A stretch of DNA of 64,000 bases from Epiperipatus broadwayi. Taxonomy: Eukaryota > Animalia > Onychophora. The notes below the pieces were generated by a model. The model saw only the letters and a list, made by a program, of their open reading frames with translations. It did not search any database and had not been told where the DNA came from. The stretch spans positions 8,742,001 through 8,806,000 of the forward strand of contig JAQFVV010000003.1 in NCBI GenBank assembly GCA_028023455.1, in the 5' to 3' direction. Made by a program: the position numbers and the translations under genes. Shown piece after piece: positions 14,305-28,219 of the stretch. The stretch's first letter is position 1; each line of letters starts with the position of its first letter.

Positions 14305-14370
<66 letters not shown>
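14305..14370. repeat. (AAT)n abutting inverted (ATT)n, a palindromic microsatellite junction
   Basis: About 11 AAT units (14305-14339) are followed immediately by about 10 ATT units (14341-14370). Confidence 0.95.
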
Positions 14371-15577
14371 TCATGCAAAGTAAGTTTTTTTTTTCTCAAA
14401 TAGAACAGTGTGTTAAAAGCAAATGACAAATAATAAACATATATATATCTATGCCTCGGCATACACACAAGCATTCCAGAAATTAATTTGGTAGAACTGT
14501 TTTAAAGTAGGAAAATCAAATAATACTTTATAAAGAAACAAAAAAATACAAATAATAAAAAATTACAATAAAATTTATAGCAACAAGACATAATGATAAT
14601 AAATAAAAAAATAAATAAAAAAATTATACCATCCGCTTCCTTCTGGTTTCTTTCCATTACCCATCTCCTGACTTTGTAACTTTTTAAGTGCTCTACAATG
14701 ACAACAAGTTGGTGAGAGGTTTCCTTCTTCACAGCAAAATGTAGGCGTTAAGATGTTCATCATCACCAGCTAGCACCTATGGTTACATGATAGCAGCGTA
14801 GGAGACTGGCTGGTGCACTAACATTGGGAGTTTACTTCATTAGCATTTTAATAATAAAATTTGGGCATTTTTATATTTCTCAACTTTCTCTACAAATCTT
14901 TATAATAATGATAGCAGCCAACCAAGAGTCAATCATGCAATTCTAAACAGACTATAATTTGAAGCTAGGCTCAGCTCTGCCTTTTTTCATAAACTTCTCC
15001 ACTGCTTCCTATAACTAGAATATTTCTCTTACTTCAGAAAACCCTTAACTGCCCAGCAAACAAAACACAGCAAGGAAAACAATAAACTCAGAAGAGACCC
15101 AGCCCCCATCACTGAAAACCTTTTATAGCACACCTATAGCAATACAAATTGAGCAACCCTCTTTCACTATTATAGCCATTATCTCCAATTTCTTGGATAA
15201 TTAATCATAACACAATTGATATAGTTTTTTACACTTTTTTATTTTTCACTTCTTTCATTTTCTACACAGACTCTCATTTCCTCAAGGAGTTCCATTTTAC
15301 ATATAGTTTCTAATTTTAATACAATGGAAATAGCTTTTTTCCATCTTTATAAAATTTTTACGAAAAAAAAAAAACAAATCTGAGATATGACAAATTTTTA
15401 AATTCTCTCAGCTGATATTGGCCTTAAATTACTTTATTTTTTTACTAAAAAATATAATGCACAGGATGATTACTTCTATCTATTAGTAACATTTAAAATT
15501 AGCCATATAATAATAACCTGCATTTTTTTTAAACTTGTTAATAGAGAAAAATAAAACCAGCAAAAATGTGCAAAACA

Positions 15578-15689
15578 GTCAAGCGTCGTTAGCTGAGAGG
15601 TCATCGCAGCCGCCTTGCAAGCAAGTAGTTGGTTGCAGATGGTTGTGGGTTCGCATCCCGGCCGATGCTATGACATATGAAAAAAAAAA
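15578..15689 (+). mobile_element. tRNA-Gly-derived SINE-like retrocopy with poly(A) and a 10-bp target-site duplication
   Basis: GTCAA, then a tRNA-like body GCGTCGTTAGCTGAGAGGTC...CTTGCAA...GGGTTCGCATCCCGGCCGATGC, then TATGACATATG and an A-run. Flanked by GTGCAAAACA at 15568-15577 and 15690-15699. Confidence 0.8.
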
Positions 15690-17953
15690 GTGCAAAACAT
15701 TTACAATTACTATGACTATCCCCCTTTTTTATATATTCTTCCACATAAACAATTTATAAAATAACCATAAACTCGACAAAATAATGTAAAAATTAACAGT
15801 TTGAGAGCGAATTAAAGCGATGATTGGTGAGTCCGGAGAAAAGGCTAGATCACCTGAATGCCCCAAATGCTTCTGAATCCACTATCACCCCCTAGAAGTC
15901 TTTCCACCCACTGGGGGTGTGTGTGTAATATCATCCACTTTGGGAAACACTGGTCTACATTATACTTATCAGATCTGATTATTATTTTATTGTCATAATA
16001 GAAATGATTATATAAATAACTACTTCCTATTTATATATCAATACTTAAACAATCTCAATTTTGTTAAAATGTTTCCATGAACAGTTTTCTTCATCCTATT
16101 CTAGAGCCATCTACTATAAATTTGAACAATAAATAGACAATAGATGGTACAGTGCTGTAATATCCCAATGTCTAGACTCAGTGAGGACTAGAATTCAAAT
16201 CTAGAACTAATGCACTTATGCATAGAGCATCTGCTTTTTATTTCTTTATATTATTTAAGCTGTTTAAACAATAGCAAATTATCCATACAATAGTGCCATC
16301 CAGTACAAGCTTTAATAATCAATGTATGCAAGAAAGTCTGTGCATAAAATGTCTATCAAGTGCCTACCTATCCAATATTCCCAGACCAGTTTCTAGCTTG
16401 TGGCTTTCATCAGTGAGAGTTTGGACCTGAGAACTCTGCACATAGAGGGATATTGTTAAAAGCTATAACAATTCTCAATTTTAACCTTAAATAAATCATA
16501 AACAAAAGTCCCATTTGACAAGGTAATTTAAGTTGTTTCTAAACAATAGTATTTTTCTAAAACTGTATAATTTTAGTAAACAACATTTCCAAACTGAAAC
16601 TATTAAAGTTATTAAAAATTTAAAAGGTCGAGTTTAAAGAAAAAATATTCTATTAAAAAATGACAGGAAAGTTTAAAATGTATTGAGTTATAGAATTTCA
16701 AAGGGGGACTAAGTGATTCTCAAGAAGTAGATGGTCTTGTTGACAGCAATGTGGTCTAATCCTATATATAGGACAGATTTCTTGCTGCAGGGCTTTTTCT
16801 TTTATAATTTTGAGAAGAGTTATCCACTAAATTCACACTAGCTTTGACTCTGACATATCTGGCTAGGCAAAACTTAGTTTGCTGTCTCTCCAGCAGAAGA
16901 TGGCAGTTTCTATTCAAACCTACATGCTTGACAGCATGATCATCATCACAGAGAGGGGAAATGTACAGCAGCCTACCACAAGAAGATGAAGTCATCGTAA
17001 TCAAGATGATTTATCCTGAGGAGAGTGCCACTATGTCTATCATCTGATGTGCCTGCATTACAAGCTACAACCAAGAAGATCGGTAATATCCCTCTCAAAG
17101 AATGCAGAGCTCTATAATTTAATCTCTAAATTTGTAATTTTAATGTTAACTTATTCATTATTACAAGAACTTAAATCACTCAAGAAATTTCAAATTATAA
17201 ACATCCAGGTTGAGGTTAAGATTAACAAAAATCTACACAGGCTACACATGCGCTTTTTAGATCTTCTTTTCAATCTTTGTTTGCAGATTTTTTTTCTATG
17301 ATAAAAAATAAAAATTTTATGATAATTTTTGTGATCAAGTAGATTGAATTTTTTTGTCTTTCTCTCATTTTTTTTTGTTAGTTACTGGAGAAAAGTTCAG
17401 CATAAAATTATAATGGGAAAATTTTTTACTTTTTCCATTGTATTTTGAAGAAAATGTTATGAGGTAAATATTTTAATTTTTCTATATTTTTTTAAGTATT
17501 ATTTTATTTTATGTTTTTTAATTATATATTTTTTAATTATTGTTTTAGATATATATTGATAAAAAAATTACTATTAAAACTAACATATAAAAAAAAGAAA
17601 CATTGTGATTGTCTGCATTTTTTTTTATATAATGTGAGCTTAGTCTTTGAATTAATTGATATGAGACAAAAATGAATATATTTCAGAAATATAATGATCT
17701 GATTTAGATGTTACTATAATTTCTTTTCTGCATTTTAATAATAGTAACATTATGCAAATGCTAAAAGTAATGATTTGACAGTACATAAACTTAGGTTGAT
17801 TACTGACTTGCAATATAAATTTCAAAGCTGTATATTTTTTAATTATTACTTTATTATATGTTTTTTTAATTATTATTTTATTATATGTTTTTTAATTATT
17901 GTTTTTTAATATATATATTTGATAAAAAAATTACTATCGAAACTAACATAAAA

Positions 17954-19428
17954 GGGTTGTCGTCAATGAGTCACCATATCCCACTGGATGGCACTGTTTT
18001 CACGCTAAAACACATAAAAATGCCGTTCTGTGGCCGACACGTTCGAACCCGCATTTTCTGTAATACAACTTTTTTGTTGTACTACAGATTGCAGGCCTCT
18101 ATGTCGCGTCGCAGTACAGCATGTATGTTTATGCAGCAAATACATTTTCCCAATTCGCACAGTTTATAAAATTGTTACGGCTTGGGGAGAGGGTGTATTT
18201 TTCTGAATTGGATTGAAATGTTATTTTCATTGGTTTTTTATTTTATTTTAAAGTATTGAAATGTTCAGATTTTATAAAGTAATAATTAACAGACTTTTTA
18301 CACCATAGTGTATTGAAGTTTTAAGTAGTAAATGTTGACGAGATATATGTATAAAGTGAATTCGAATTAGGTAACGCATCAAGTAATGTACTGTTCGTAA
18401 CATTTCCACGAGACATTTTAAGATTGTACCATGTGTATATTTTTGAAATAAAAAAGAGTGTTAACACAAAAATATCCAGAAAGAAAAGTACAATTGTACA
18501 CTGTTTTTTTAAATGTCATAAAAAAGCATATATTATAAACATTTTATATATATGTTTGTCATTGTTTAAAAAAGTTTTAGTTTCTTTCTTTTCTCCGACT
18601 ATAGTTTACGTTTATTGTTATCATTTATTTTATAGATGTTAGTAAAAAAAAATATTTACAAAAATACGATTTTGATATTTTTTATTTTAGCATTACAAAC
18701 AACAGAACACTAACTGTAAACCTAATCCTAAAGCTAACCCTAAAGCTAACCCTAATGCTAACCCTAAACTAACCCTAAAACTAACCCTAAAGCTAACCCT
18801 AAACCTAACCCTAAAACTAACCCGAAAACTAACCCTAAACCTAACCGTAACAACTTTTACTTTTAGTTGTCATTCGATTCAAAATAAAAAATAGCGGTAA
18901 ACAACAACAACAAAAAAAGCTGTAACCCCTGTAAAATAATTTCCGATAGAAAACTGATTTTTCTAATAAAAAGCAAACTAAAAAAGACGAATCAAATTGT
19001 AATTTGTTTCCTAAAACTAACCCTAAACCTACTGTAACAACTTTTACTTTTAGTTGTCATTCAATTTGAAATAAAAAATAGCGGTAAACAACAACAAAAA
19101 AAAAGCCGTAATCCCAGTAAAAAAATCTCAGATAGAAAATTGATTTTTCTAATAAAAAGCAAACTAAAAAAGACGAATCAAATTGTAATTTGTTTATTTT
19201 ATTTTACATTTATTATTATTATCATTTAATTTTTATATGTTAATAAAAGAATAATATTTGAAATTAAATAATATTTAAAAAAGATGATTTTCTTTTGTTT
19301 TTATTTTCGCATTACAAAAAACACATCAAAATGATTATAATTAACGGCCCAGGAATAATAATATTTTATAGTTTAAGCATGAAAAGTGCACCATCGAGTG
19401 GGATATAGTAGTTATTCGATGACAACCC
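17954..19428. mobile_element. Non-autonomous TIR DNA element, 1475 bp, with a 6-bp ATAAAA direct repeat at both ends
   Basis: The left end GGGTTGTCGTCAATGAGTCACCATATCCCACTGGATGGCAC matches the reverse complement of the right end, GGGTTGTCATCGAATAACTACTATATCCCACTCGATGGTGCAC. ATAAAA flanks both ends (17948-17953, 19429-19434). No transposase ORF. Confidence 0.82.
18716..18848. repeat. Telomere-like 11-12-bp tandem repeat, CTAACCCTAAA(N)
   Basis: About 10 degenerate units inside the TIR element, followed by a ~180-bp internal duplication (about 18838-19010 and 19025-19195). Confidence 0.85.
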
Positions 19429-19946
19429 ATAAAAGTAACAGTTTTGACAGTATATATATAAACTGCAAACATATGTACATCAAGCTTAACTCTACGATGA
19501 ATTTAGTATTTCATTCACTTTTTATTTTATTATTTTGTATATAGTGACTATTTTAGTAATACTTTTTAATAAATTATAAACTGCATTGAAGTTCTTTATT
19601 ATAATATTTAATTTATGCTAATTATTGATCAATATTAACTACTTGTTATAAGGGATGTTATTAGGGATGTCTTATACATTGCAACCCCCTGTAGGGAAAT
19701 GCATTTTGAAGGACTACTGAGAAAAATGAAAAGTACTAATGTTTTTATTCTATGAAGTTTTCAAGTGATGGATTACCTTAGGTAAGTTTTATTATATACC
19801 AAATTTTTAGAAATTTTATGATGAATCCAACTAACCTACTAACAAAACAATAGTTTTAAGTTGTGTGCATGATAATTTTGAATTTATAAAATACTATAAA
19901 AATGATTATTAGAAATATTAATTTTTATTCTATTTTTTATTACTTT

Positions 19947-20132
19947 AAATATCAATAACTATATTTTTTTCAACTTAATTACATTCTTTGGGGTTTTATG
20001 TTTCAAAAAATATATATTATGTCATTTTTGAGTAATATAAATATCAATAACTATATTTTTTTCAACTTAATTACATTCTTTGGGGTTTTATGTTTCAAAA
20101 AATATATATTATGTCATTTTTGAGTAATATAA
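19947..20132. repeat. Near-perfect ~92-bp tandem duplication
   Basis: aaatatcaataactatatttttttcaacttaattacattctttgggg...gagtaatata occurs twice, head to tail. Confidence 0.9.
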
Positions 20133-21049
20133 ATTTAATTCATGATAAAATTTGTGGATTAATATAATTTTTTAAATATTCAATATGGCTGCTTCAGCAA
20201 TCAATAAGTTAAGCTAGCTTATTTACTATAATAAATGTTCAATCTTATTTCTTAAAACTCTTTAAATTAAACCATTTATAAGTTAACTATGTTCAACTTA
20301 TCTGAATTCATCTTTCTATTGTAAAATGATTTATTATCAATCTTATTTCTCAAAATCTCTTATGATAAATCATTTATATAGTAATTATGTAAACTTACCT
20401 AAATAAATCTTTATACTGTCAAATGACTTATTCTTCTAATCTGTAAATACCTGCCATCTGTTATGTCTTAAATTTCTCAAAACTGTGGTCATGATTAGAT
20501 TTATTGTTTTAACTATCTTTCGAAACAGCGAATACTAATTGTTAGCAAACTTTCCATGGAGATAATTAAAATCTCCATTTTAAATAATTTAAAGAATGCT
20601 ACTTGGTATATTAAATTGCTGTTTCAAAATATTATAGAAATATTATAGATAGATAATAACTGATCACTAAGCACTCATTGTTATCATGATTTTATATATG
20701 TTATCACTGCATTATATTTTGCAAGGTTTTCTTAGTCAGTTTTTTTTATAATTTATGACTTTTGATATCTATTGGTTAAAAGTGATAGCACAATTTAAAA
20801 CTTAGCAATTGAAGGTAATGTAAAAACAAGGATTTTATTTCAATTAAGTTTGTTAATGTTTAATAATGACCATCAAATATGCATTCCCATCTTAATTGTG
20901 ATTATATATATATATATATATATATGCAAATTCAATATTTTAATTTAGGTTAGAATTTAATTTAAGCCCTCTGGTTAGCATAATTATAATGCTAGTTTAA
21001 GAACTGGGTTGGGTTAGTTTGGCAGCTAGAAGCTATCTGTTCTAGGCAT

Positions 21050-22750
21050 AATTAATTGATTATACATATATCCATTGGTCTTTTGTACATGCATTGCGAG
21101 GGTATCTTTACAAAGTACACATTCATATGTTTACATTTTGCTGCACCTTTAAATGGATTCACAGTGACCGACCTCCCCATTCTTTAGTTCGGGTAGACTA
21201 CCTTTATTAGAACTGGAACACGAGGGTCCAGACCATGTTTATAAATCTTCTGAGTTTCTGAACTTAGCTATTCTTATATTAATTGCAGCAAACCATCTGG
21301 TCACAGAGCACTGAGCATTTGATGCTGTAACTCTTGAATAATTACTTACTCGCACCACAGACTTGGTCTTTAGCATTTTATTAAGTGCCATAGTATATAT
21401 ATGTGAATCTAAAAGTAACCAGTTCTTTTTTTTTTATTAATTAATTATTCAGCATTAGACTAAAACTTACCAGGTTGAATTTGCATTATCTTGAGCTTAT
21501 TTATTTGTTCACACTGGCAATATATATAATAGCCATCTTAGAGCTATATGTGTTCATCATCTTTGCTAAGCCATAATCTTATAACATTAGAAAATCATGA
21601 GCAGTAGGATGGGAATATTATATGATTATAGACATGATTTATTTACCACACATACATGCATTTTTATATGTTAAGATATGTCTGCTGTACTTATAATAGT
21701 CTCATCCATTATGGAAATGCCTGCATATGTTGACCACACATATTTAATACTATATAATCCTTGCCATTTTGTTACTTTTATTTTATTTTATTGTGATTGC
21801 TTTAATAAACCTGTTTAAAAAGTAAAGTTGTTTTATATCTTTCTTGCTCCTAGTTCTATTCAATCCAAATCATATTATCTTATTCCAAATTTCTTAATGA
21901 TTTTACATGTCAAATATGCCTTGTCTTAATTAAATTAATTAGTATGATAGGTGATCTATGACCCATTGAGATAATTGTTAGCCCACACCAAAATCTCATG
22001 TTTGTCCCTGTTCAAAGCCAGCTTGCAGATTAAATTAAAACCCATGTATAATTTCAGAAATGTCATTCATAAGGTGTTAAATCACAAAATACTGGCAAAT
22101 GAGTTGAAGTTTGGTCATATACAAGATCTCACCATCTCACTTTCAATCATCTTTGGTGTCCTTTACATGGATTCTGGATTTTGTTACATGAATGTACAAA
22201 TCTGACCATTACAATACAAGATCTTTTATTATAGAAACTTGTAAAAAATATTTTTTTTCTTAACATTGCACTTCAAGCACTTTTCAGTATATGGTTCAGA
22301 CAAATGGTAATTAGCTTCATTTACTACTGGCCAAATCTTTGACCCTTCTTAGCCAGTTTGGCTGTAATTCTGAGCTAACTTTCTTGGGAAAACATTACAT
22401 TTCACATAGTTTTCAAAAATATTTCACCTCTCCTTGATGTTGTTCCTGATGGCTTATGATGTGCTCATTCTGATATTTAATTGTAATCAGTTTTATTCAC
22501 TAAAGGACATATTTGAGACAATTTATGACTAATTTGTTATGCCATTTCAAACTTATATACTTGCACCTTACAATACTTCTCACATAACCCTTTAAAGATT
22601 TCTCTGATTTCATCTAACTTATGATTCTGAATTTCAGTCATTTGTCTTTTTGCAAATAATTCTTCATTTGTTTTTAAATTCATTTATGTGTGTGGATTTA
22701 AGATAAAACATTTTTTATAATGTTGGGTAAAGCTTTATTGCATTTCTACA
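21050..22750 (-). mobile_element. Possible highly decayed piggyBac-like transposase remnant
   Basis: Scattered minus-strand peptides (LDEIREIF, KIWPVVNE, and a Cys-rich RCSK...NVYF near 21110-21150) fall in the order expected for piggyBac. No open frame and no terminal repeats found. Confidence 0.3.
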
Positions 22751-23025
22751 AATATAATGTGTTATCCTTGTTTTGCATATTGATGAATGCCAATACATGA
22801 TGATTGATAACAGACCTAATTAACTGACACAAGAGATTAGTATAGCTTCTGTCAATTTGTGGTGCAGGATGGCATCAAGAAATGCAATGTTTTTAATTGT
22901 GTTATGAACCATTCAGCAATGTTTGGACAGATTACACATTTAAATTGGTTTCTATAATAAAAATAATACTGATTTTAATTATATTCCATTTCTTACACAC
23001 TTTATACAATGCAGTATATTATTAT

Positions 23026-25562
23026 TGTGAGGATAACTTAAAATCATGCCCACACCAACCTTTATCTACCTGAGAGGTTAGAATATACTTAATCAAGAAT
23101 TATATCTAACAGAGTTCATGGGTTTTGCTAACATATTATTTTAAAAATTTGAGGAATAGTTGTGAGCAGCTATATAGGCATAGTATATCAATGTTGTGTT
23201 ATACAACTAAATAATGTCATGTTGCCAAACTGTACATAGCTATATATTTAAAACGAACTAAATTCCAATTGCTAAATAAGTCAAAGTAAACACTGAAAGA
23301 ATTAATACAAACATATATGTATAATAACAATCATTTTGTGTTAAATGTTCTGTACATCAACAACAAATATAAAACAATGACCTAAATGATGACAAGATAA
23401 TCATGGTAATGATCGAAGGTCAAGTACTGTACCAAGCAACCTAAAATAAGAATGAGAAAATAATGTGTTATTTTATTTCTTAAATCGATAATTGTGATAC
23501 ATATAGATAGACAACAATAGACATACACCATGAAAAATTGCATACATTAGAAAATGGAAATGACATTAACTATAAAAAGAAAATCATATTATCATTCCTG
23601 CTTCATAAAAATCCTATGTTTGCTATGGAAAGTCAATTGAAGCAAGAGTTTTTGAACACCATCCAAAATGGACACCTTCGTTTGAAAAGTTTTAGCTTCA
23701 GAAAAATAAGTTTAGTGTAAGATTTAAGGAAGCAAACAAGAGATCTTGCATCTAAATAAAGCAAGAAAACAAACCCAAATGGCTAGATCTAAAAAAAAAT
23801 CATTTCAAGCTTCTAATAAAAAAAAAAGAAAGATTAAGATCGAACATTTGATTGAATGAAAACCAGAAAATAATTATATGTATAGCCAGCACGGCAGATG
23901 TTAAGATAAGGGTATTTTATCATGTTTATATTTCTTTCAACAATTATAGCCAGCACGGCAGATGTTAAGATAAGGGTATTTTATCATGTTTATATTTCTT
24001 TCAACCATAAATTGCAATTGAACTTAAACTTATATAAGTAGAACTAGAACAATGTGGTCTGACTAGAGCAATTGATTGTTGTTTGATGAGAGCATTAACT
24101 CTATGACTATGGAAGTTTAATACTCATATCTCTACATTTAAACCACCTGAGAAATCTTCTTCATGCAGCATGGAATGTTTATGTGAAGAGTGAAAGAAAA
24201 CCAAAAATCATTCGATGCAAAATTGTTCAGAGTGTGCCATTCAGAAGCAGCAATGATCAATTGATATCTGCAAGGAGGAAGGCATTTAAACCTATGAACT
24301 ATTATATAAGAAAAACTTTAGTGATTTAATAAGTCTGATTTAATCGATTTCTGAAATATATTTTTTTGTTATGCATTATGAATATTTATATATATATGTG
24401 TGTATATTATTAATTTTTCCATCATTATTTCATTCTCATTTTTACATGAAGGTAAAACTTTCTGATTTAATGTTCCAAGAGAGTCCAATTTAGCAAAACA
24501 CAAGAAGATCAGGGAGGAGAGATTAAGTTCTGTTAGAATTCTTTTTTTAAATAAAATTTAGGTTTGATCTCCCTTCCTAAGCACCTGATTTTTGTTCTTG
24601 ACTGTGCATTTGAATTTTAATGGTAAGAGATAGTTTACTCTTTAAAATATTAACATCACATACTCGATGAGATAGAATTATGTTGTTTGTTATTTGTTAA
24701 ACTAATATGATTATTATTTAAGTATTTTCAGTATAAATGGTTAGATTTTTGAGTGAATCTACTTTGCTATCATATCAAGTATTGTTTCTTTGTTCTTATA
24801 TGACAAATGAAAGGGGGGCATCAAACAAATCAATCTTTATAACTGGAACGGTGTACTGAATCTATACTTAGGGTGAATATTAAATTAATTTAGCTAGTTA
24901 GCTATGGATATAATAAAGTAAATATTTTCATTTTTTATTGTACAAAGAAATGTCTGTGATATGAATACCTATCATGGGGATTATGGGATGGGTAACTTCT
25001 AATAATTTTAACTGGAGATATACATACAATCTTTTTATCTTCAATTGTAAATAGTTTTTTTTACTTATTTAAAATGTTTTCATATATTTTGTTTTATAAA
25101 TAAATGTTATAAAATTTGTTGAAAGTCTCTTTAGTTTATTGGACCAGATTTTGTATTCATCCATGAAATGAATACCCTACACCTACACACTTGCATACAT
25201 CATTACTTTATAATTATGGTAGAAAAGTTTTAAATAAAGGTTATGCAATAATAGCAACTTGGATAAGAAAATCTGATCATAAGTCTGCATAGATACATCC
25301 CTGTTAAAAGAATCAAATGTTAATTCTTCCTGAGTTCGAATACTGAGGCAAAGGATTTGAAAAAGAATGTTGAGATGTAGAAAAACTGACCCAAATTACA
25401 TCTAATTTTAATAAATAAGTCATCAGCTAGTCTATTGAATGTGGATATAATCATAGTTCATGTATTTTATCGCACCATCTCCAGCATCCTACCAAAGACT
25501 CTAGGTCAGACTGTAATCAGATGTGACCCTCTCTCATAATGTTGTTCAGATGGACCATTACA
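23026..25562 (+). repeat. 5' LTR, about 2.5 kb
   Basis: Starts TGTGAGGATAACTTAAAAT and ends GGACCATTACA. Collinear with 31892-35658. Contains a perfect ~63-bp tandem duplication at about 23881-24004. Confidence 0.88.
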
Positions 25563-25564
25563 TC

Positions 25565-25576
25565 TGGTGCCTAACA
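25565..25576 (+). promoter_or_regulatory. Primer-binding site (tRNA-Lys-like, decayed)
   Basis: TGGTGCCTAACA begins 2 nt after the LTR end and resembles the tRNA-Lys-complementary TGGCGCCCAAC with C-to-T changes. Confidence 0.65.
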
Positions 25577-28219
25577 TATTAGCCCTGGATATATTAGTTG
25601 CAAAGAAGGTCCAAACAATGGACTGGAATTTTAAATAAAAAAAATTTTTTTTTAACATTCAATTCAAGCTTACTCCTTGTATGACAAACCCAACTAATTC
25701 AAAACTACTGTGGCACTTATGCTCTGCATAAATGATTAACATACTTAATGATCAGGTGGGAACATGAGACACCTAAATAAAACCCATGATATATGCATTA
25801 GGCAACAATAAATTTAAAAAATGCATGCAAGGCTATGAATGCAAGGCCAATAAATGCCAACAAAATAAATGATTAAATAATTAGTACATCAGGAATAAAA
25901 TAAGTAAGTCAAGCAGAATGAAGAGTATTAGGCTAAATGTAGATAAACATAACATCAGAAACAGATCCAATATGAAAGTTATAGCTAAACCTGAAATTAT
26001 CAGGGAGATGTAAAAGCCTACAACAATCATCCACTATACTACTCTAAAGGGATTAACTATATATTTATTTGAATTGCTGGATTAACTATATATTTATTTG
26101 AATTGCTCGATTAATGATTCTTGGAACCAGAAAAACATTAGCTAATATGGAGTCAGAGTATTATGGAAATGTTAGTGATGCTCAGAGGGGTAAGATTAAT
26201 GTTAATCATGAGGGAGGGCCTTGCCTTGTAAGATACCTGGGAGGTCTGTTGCCAAAGAGGAACATTTTCTACATGTGCACTTTGACAATCATGCCACCAC
26301 TGAAACTGAAGGAACCTCCATTGTTGACATGACTCAACTGAGCATGATTCAAAAGCACCAGCTACTGAAGATTCAAGGGTTATGATGCAGATGCTACAAC
26401 TGATAACGGCTATCATGAATAGTATGAAAGCTGAGATGGCAGCAAAGATTGACCTGGATAATATGAAAGTTAATATGGACAGTATAGAAGTGAGAGTGAA
26501 TCACAAATCAGAGAGAGTATAGCTTGTCTGAGGAAAGATTTGAAAGGAGACATGGACAAAATAAAGGCATGCATAAAAATGAAGGTCAACAATGTAGAAA
26601 CTAGATTCTCTGTGGAGATGGAATGACTGTCTTTGGATATAAAAGCAGTTCAAAAGGACAATCAATGTTGAGTTGAAACAAGCTATAGTAGAGATCGAGG
26701 AGAAAATAGAGGTGAAGGATACCAGGTGTAGGGTAAGGTTTGAGGACTTCCAAGACAGCATCACAAGCCAGATCAGTAATAAATACCTAGAAGGGAGCCA
26801 AAATTAAAAGACATTCAAAGGGGAGGTACAGGAGAACCAAAAAATATCAAGTGGAAGTCCAAGAGATATTCCAAGTTGTGCATGCCAAGGTAGATCAGAC
26901 CTTGAATAGGCAAAATGCAAAAATAAGGGTGCATGAGGAATCTATGAATGCTTTAAGCCAAAATATGCTATACTTAGAAAATAAAATGGCTACAACTGAT
27001 TCTGAGGTCATTGGATGTAAAACTATGCTTGGATAAAAGTTTTATGCAATGATTTACATCCATTGAAACTCAAGTGCATCAAGACACCTAGCTGAAAAAG
27101 GATCAAGAGACATGAGATGTAGGGGACAGAATAAAAGTGATGGCCTATTGGAAGAAGATTGCAATGAGAGATCCCCACAGATGAGTGAGCCTTTCTTCAA
27201 ACCTATCTTGCCCAACCAAGCAACCCACAGGGAGAATTATCCCTTTCATTTCAAGTACATGAATAGCAACCCCAAAGTCTGCCAAACTTGTCAGGAAGAC
27301 CCTATGAAGGTTCCACAGATAAACCTGATGGAATTAAGTAACCACCTAGACAGCTAGCTCACATTAATGCAATCAACTAATTCATGAAGCTCAAGGCTTT
27401 TAAGAGATTAGCCAGTGAAGCTCTTATAAAACATTTGAGAAGCCTGAACTTGTACTTTACAGTTAACCAGAAGAGGCAAAAATTATTATCACCTACAGTT
27501 ATCTATAAGGAGATACCCTAATGTGTTGTGAATCCTCATTCCAGACCCTACATATCTTTGATGAGTATCAGACTTTAATAGTAAAGAGCTTCTGGAACAG
27601 GGACAAATAGAATGCATTGCTATATCAACTGTTCCAGGAAAAATATAGGCAAGCACCTGGAGAAACATTAACAAAATTCTTCTGTCATCAAGTGTCTAAT
27701 CTGAGAACTCTCAACACATGTAGTTTAAGTGAGAGTAAGATCATTCAAATTATTAAGAACTTACCCCTAAAAAATAGAATGGTTCATTCTATGCATGAAC
27801 ACTAAGAACATAGAACAAATAGGTGAACTGTTAAATAACATAGATGTAAACATGTGCAGCATATCTAACAGAGTCCCTGGGAAGTGAAAAGAGGAGACCA
27901 TGGTGAATGCAATATACTATAAAAGGAGGAAAAATAGTAACAACAACAACCACTGGGAAAGAAAGTACTACAGCCAATTTCTCCATACCCTTGGTAACCT
28001 AAATAAAATCAGACAAGAGACAACAAGACCACAATGAGACCCATTAATAGTCTAGAAACTTCTAATAAACTAGGGTGCAGCTATCACTCATTCAAGAGAC
28101 AAAGGAACCAAACTAAATTAGTACTTGAGGTTAGGTTCCTCCTCTCAAGAATTCCAAAAAGCAATGGGGAACCCAGACCAAATAATAAGTAAGGAAATCG
28201 CTAAACTAATGTGCTCATT

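Noticed and set aside
14502-14830. Short minus-strand ORFs downstream of the intact element, as a gene or an opposing retroelement
   Set aside because: No recognisable motif, and no AATAAA-type 3' end matching the retroelement families.
16700-17040. LINE endonuclease remnant (LDHIAVN); similar weak hints at about 39600-40050, 40590-40960 and 58600-58920
   Set aside because: Only one or two short motifs each. Plausible old LINE debris, but too weak to annotate.
18716-18848. True telomere or chromosome-fusion site
   Set aside because: The array is short, has an 11-12-bp degenerate unit and lies inside a TIR-bounded element.
19653-19790. Host exon ending at the strong donor TAG|GTAAGT near 19781
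   Set aside because: All three frames of the candidate exon contain stops and no partner exons were found.
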